A DNA stretch of 18,064 nucleotides. It comes from Nitrospinota bacterium. GTDB taxonomy: Bacteria > Nitrospinota > Nitrospinia > JACRGO01. Each line of letters starts with the position of its first letter. The first letter of the stretch is position 1. The position numbers and the translations under genes are program-made. The DNA is taken from contig JACRGO010000034.1 of assembly GCA_016212295.1 (NCBI GenBank), forward strand, positions 1-18,064, read 5' to 3'. This document shows, in pieces, positions 15,711-18,064 of the stretch. The notes under the pieces are model-generated. The model was not told the DNA's origin and ran no database searches. It was given only the letters and a program-made list of their open reading frames with translations.

Positions 15711-15768
15711 AAAAAAACCTCCTTATAAAAAGTTAAATTAATAAAATTCGTAACTACTCATGTTATCC

Positions 15769-15839
15769 GGTTCAGGGTTCAGGGTTCAGGGTTCAGAGTT
15801 CCCGGTTGAAAGCTTTGTGGCCTTTGTGCCTTTGTGGTG
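15769..15839. repeat. Heptamer array (GGTTCAG)x4-like followed by the octamer-like repeat CTTTGTGG CCTTTGTG CCTTTGTG in the BMC-T/BMC-H intergenic gap
   Basis: Same GGTTCAG unit as at 7332. Confidence 0.8.
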
Positions 15840-15845
15840 AAAAAA

Positions 15846-16472
15846 TTATTTTTTCTTCAACGCCACTCCCTCCAAACCGGAAAGCGCGGTGATCGCGGCC
15901 TCCGCCGCTGAGTCTATTTCCGATTCCGACCCGGACATATAAAGCCTCCCATAGGCGCCGAAGGGACGCACCTCAACAAGTTTTACATTCGCCGCCTTTT
16001 CCGCCTCGTTCGCGCCGAAGATAACGTATCCGGCAGGCTCAGTCTCCAGTATGAAGAGCGATTCGCCCGGAAGGATCATGGACCCGCTCCGGTTACGATT
16101 GATAAGTTGGCATTGATACGCCTCCATCGCGCGGATGATCTGGTTTGAGACGATGTCCGGCTTGATCCGGTCCGACTCCTTGATCTCCAGGTAGTCCAGG
16201 ATGGACTGTCCCGCCAGCCTCACCTCCCCCTTGTCGTGCTCGTGGACTTCCAATACCCCGTAGGCCCGCTCCACGATCTGGACCGCCGGCTGGACCTTGG
16301 TGGCCTTCAAGGCCACATCCAGGACCTTGTTGATTGCGAGTCCGGGCGCTATTTCAACAAAGAGCGACGCCACTCCAGGCACCGGGAGGAACCCCTTGGC
16401 CGTGGACCCTATATAAGAGGCCAGTTGAGCTTGAAGACTGTCCAGAAAAACATAAGTGCGCAGGGTTATCAT
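15846..16472 (-). CDS. Permuted tandem BMC-domain shell protein (BMC-T, PduB/EutL-like)
   Basis: 208 aa with two permuted-BMC halves ([19 protein letters not shown]... and ...[30 protein letters not shown]...) paralleling the EutL architecture. GGAGG RBS. Confidence 0.7.
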   Translation of the reverse strand: MITLRTYVFLDSLQAQLASYIGSTAKGFLPVPGVASLFVEIAPGLAINKVLDVALKATKVQPAVQIVERAYGVLEVHEHDKGEVRLAGQSILDYLEIKESDRIKPDIVSNQIIRAMEAYQCQLINRNRSGSMILPGESLFILETEPAGYVIFGANEAEKAANVKLVEVRPFGAYGRLYMSGSESEIDSAAEAAITALSGLEGVALKKK

Positions 16473-16491
16473 TGTTTAATCCTCCATTTTA

Positions 16492-16528
16492 AGTGACTAT
16501 AAAACCAGTGACCAGTGACGAGTAATTA
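16492..16528. repeat. Heptamer array E (GTGACTA...GTGACCA GTGACGA GTAATTA)
   Basis: Overlaps the stop codon of the 16526-16807 gene. Inverse partner F at 16827-16847. Confidence 0.8.
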
Positions 16529-16807
16529 GTTTGTGCTCCTCAAGGAGCGTTGTAAGCCAATAATCATTTTTGAAATTTCGTCCAGTTCTTCCAATAAACT
16601 ATTTTCAATTCGCGACTCCAGGAGTTGTAAATTTTTACTTATGATGATTTGTGTTTCCAGTTCCGCTATATTAGATGGAATGGATACGGCCGCTCGCCGC
16701 ATTTGGGATAGCAGGCCAAATTTCTCTTCCGAAGGAAAGGAAGCAATCTGTTCCACAAAGCTGATTGACCTTTTCCATACCTCCAGGCGCTTATGCGGCT
16801 TTCCCAT
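16526..16807 (-). CDS. Four-helix-bundle protein (Avd-like / 23S-IVS family), second copy with an internal deletion of about 20 aa; possibly degenerate
   Basis: MGKPHKRLEVWKRS...FGLLSQMRRAAVSIPSNIAE|LETQIIIS lacks the G..R.S..DF..F..IA.GS segment present in the copy at 11665-12015. True ATG at 16807 with GGAGGG RBS; the track start at 16840 is repeat-derived. Confidence 0.65.
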   Translation of the reverse strand: MGKPHKRLEVWKRSISFVEQIASFPSEEKFGLLSQMRRAAVSIPSNIAELETQIIISKNLQLLESRIENSLLEELDEISKMIIGLQRSLRSTN

Positions 16808-16826
16808 GAAATCCCTCCCTTTTAAC

Positions 16827-16847
16827 TCGTCACTTGTCACTCGTCAC
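16827..16847. repeat. Heptamer array F (TCGTCAC TTGTCAC TCGTCAC), inverse of E
   Basis: Read directly from the sequence. Confidence 0.85.
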
Positions 16848-16853
16848 TATCTT

Positions 16854-17723
16854 CTAATACTGTTTCGCCACGATCGCGTCCTCTATCTTCCTCGTGTTGG
16901 CCAGGGTGCGCTGCCGGTTCGTCATGCCGATCGTTATATACAGCACGTCAATGATGCTTGACTGCGCGATCCTCGAGGCAAGGGCCTCGCTCCGGTATTT
17001 GGTCTCCTTGGAAGAGGTCACGAGGACCACGTCCGCTACCTTTGCCAGGGGCGAAAGGGAATTATTAGTGATTGCTATCGCCTTGACCCCGTTTTTCCTG
17101 GCGACTTCTATTGTGTCTATGGGGTCCCTGGTGCTCCCGGAATGGGAGATGGCAAGGACTAGGTCGCCCTTTCTCAATAGCGCGGCCTCCATCATCTGGA
17201 GGTGGCTGTCGTTTTGATAGGAGCACCAAAGCCCAAGCCTCAGGAATTTATTAAAGGCGTCAAAAAGGATGGGGGTGGAGGTCCCGACCCCGATTATCAG
17301 AATTTTTTTCGCCTTGCTCAACAGCTTCACGGCTTCCCCGACGGCCTCCGGCTTCAGCGCCTCCAGGGTGCTTTGCAGGGTCTCGATGTTGGCGGAAAAG
17401 ACCTTGCGGATGATGGTGGCCGTCCCGTCCCTTTCGCTCACGTCCTCATGTATGGCGTGGTGGATGGGAGATACAAGGTCCCGCGCCAAATTAATCTTCA
17501 GGTCCTGAAAGCCCCTGTATCCCATGGTCCTGCAGAAACGGATCACGGTCGCCTCGCTGGCCCCGGCGCCGATTGCCACTTCGCTCACCGACTGGTCAAG
17601 AACGCCCTGCGCGTTGCCGAGCGCGTATTCCGCCACTTTTTTCTCCGCCGAGTGAAGTGACGGCAGCATGCCCCTCAGTCTGGCAAGACAATTTTCCCTT
17701 GGGGCCGCTTGGGTCTTCAGCAT
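16854..17723 (-). CDS. RpiR/MurR-family transcriptional regulator (HTH plus SIS sugar-phosphate-binding domain)
   Basis: LHSAEKKVAEYAL...SEATVIRFCRTMGYRGFQDLK is an RpiR-type HTH. The SIS domain shows IGVGTS...ISHSGST. ATG at 17723 preferred; the track GTG at 17738 overlaps the -10 box. Confidence 0.85.
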   Translation of the reverse strand: MLKTQAAPRENCLARLRGMLPSLHSAEKKVAEYALGNAQGVLDQSVSEVAIGAGASEATVIRFCRTMGYRGFQDLKINLARDLVSPIHHAIHEDVSERDGTATIIRKVFSANIETLQSTLEALKPEAVGEAVKLLSKAKKILIIGVGTSTPILFDAFNKFLRLGLWCSYQNDSHLQMMEAALLRKGDLVLAISHSGSTRDPIDTIEVARKNGVKAIAITNNSLSPLAKVADVVLVTSSKETKYRSEALASRIAQSSIIDVLYITIGMTNRQRTLANTRKIEDAIVAKQY

Positions 17724-17729
17724 GATGAA

Positions 17730-17757
17730 ATTATACACGGAAAAAATTTCTTGTCAA
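17730..17757 (-). promoter_or_regulatory. Strong sigma70-like promoter TTGACA-16-TATAAT for the RpiR gene; the ATG lies 6 nt after the -10, so the mRNA is probably leaderless
   Basis: - strand TTGACA corresponds to 17752-17757 and TATAAT to 17730-17735. Confidence 0.55.
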
Positions 17758-17764
17758 GTTTTTT

Positions 17765-17805
17765 TTCATGAAATTTTTTTTCATGAAGTAATATTTCATC
17801 ATGAA
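17765..17805. promoter_or_regulatory. Three TTCATGAA-type palindromes (17765-17772, 17780-17787, 17795-17805) between divergent promoters; candidate operator set
   Basis: Two perfect 8-bp palindromes, each preceded by a T8 run and spaced 15 bp apart, plus TTCATCATGAA. A similar TTCATCATG overlaps the RpiR start codon. Confidence 0.4.
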
Positions 17806-17811
17806 TCCTTA

Positions 17812-17840
17812 TTTACGGTCCTGCGTCCTTGTGTTATAAT
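17812..17840 (+). promoter_or_regulatory. Candidate divergent promoter TTTACG-17-TGTTATAAT (extended -10) reading rightward
   Basis: TGnTATAAT at 17832-17840. A GC hairpin GTCCGCGTTGCGGAC at 17848-17862 lies just downstream. No ORF in the remaining 220 bp. Confidence 0.35.
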
Positions 17841-18064
17841 TCCTTCCGTCCGCGTTGCGGACTATTCACTGCTTTTCGCAAATATTAACAGTCTCATAAT
17901 AGTGCCAGCATAATTTTCCCTGGCTCTCGTTCCCAGGCTCCTGCCTCACTGCCATTAAGTTAAGGGAAAAAGCCTTTGTTTTCAATTAGTTAGGCGGTCT
18001 AGATTTTACATTAACTATATGGTAATATGTGTCTATTATGCATTAATTATTAAATTTATAGTAA

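Noticed and set aside
9873-16847. Possibility that the periodic GTGAC-type arrays are CRISPR arrays
   Set aside because: The unit is 7 bp with no interspersed unique spacers, and no cas genes are present. CRISPR repeats are 24-48 bp separated by spacers of similar length.
17863-18064. AT-rich 200-bp tail after the divergent promoter, examined for a small ORF or tRNA
   Set aside because: No ORF of 60 aa or more and no cloverleaf-like tRNA structure are evident. It is left as an unassigned leader or sRNA candidate.

Overview
The window has two halves. Positions 1-9044 (+ strand) carry the conserved fatty-acid/phospholipid synthesis cluster yceD-rpmF-plsX-fabH-fabD-fabG-acpP-fabF. Two non-fab genes interrupt it. 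A signal-peptide CAP/YkwD-like secreted protein sits between fabH and fabD. A coiled-coil plus PD-(D/E)XK-like nuclease-fold protein sits between fabD and fabG. A ~55-bp repeated element lies in front of both fabH and fabG. Positions 9034-17723 (- strand) carry a bacterial-microcompartment (BMC) operon with an RpiR/SIS regulator. The operon encodes a permuted BMC-T, a BMC-H, three BMC-P vertex paralogs and a tandem BMC-T. The enzymes are an acylating aldehyde dehydrogenase with an N-terminal encapsulation-peptide-like helix, a PduS-like Fe-S flavoprotein, and a class II (FucA/RhaD-type) aldolase with a Cys-rich C-terminal extension. The gene content resembles the sugar-phosphate/aldolase BMC type of Planctomycetes-Verrucomicrobia. 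The most unusual signal is not a protein. Heptanucleotide tandem arrays (GTGACGA/GTGACAA family, CACGGTT, GGTTCAG, TTAAATC, ATTGACN) riddle the window. They often occur as inverted pairs that make long hairpin-capable palindromes between genes of the BMC operon. In two places inverted pairs bracket a small four-helix-bundle (Avd-like, 23S-rRNA-IVS-family) gene like a cassette; one copy is intact and one carries an internal deletion. Translation of the arrays creates false N-terminal extensions (LVTRHLSL...) on several ORFs in the supplied track. An orphan AF2212/antitoxin-like small gene with a perfect palindrome upstream sits inside the BMC operon. No tRNA, rRNA or CRISPR is present. My coordinates are hand-counted and could be off by a base or two.
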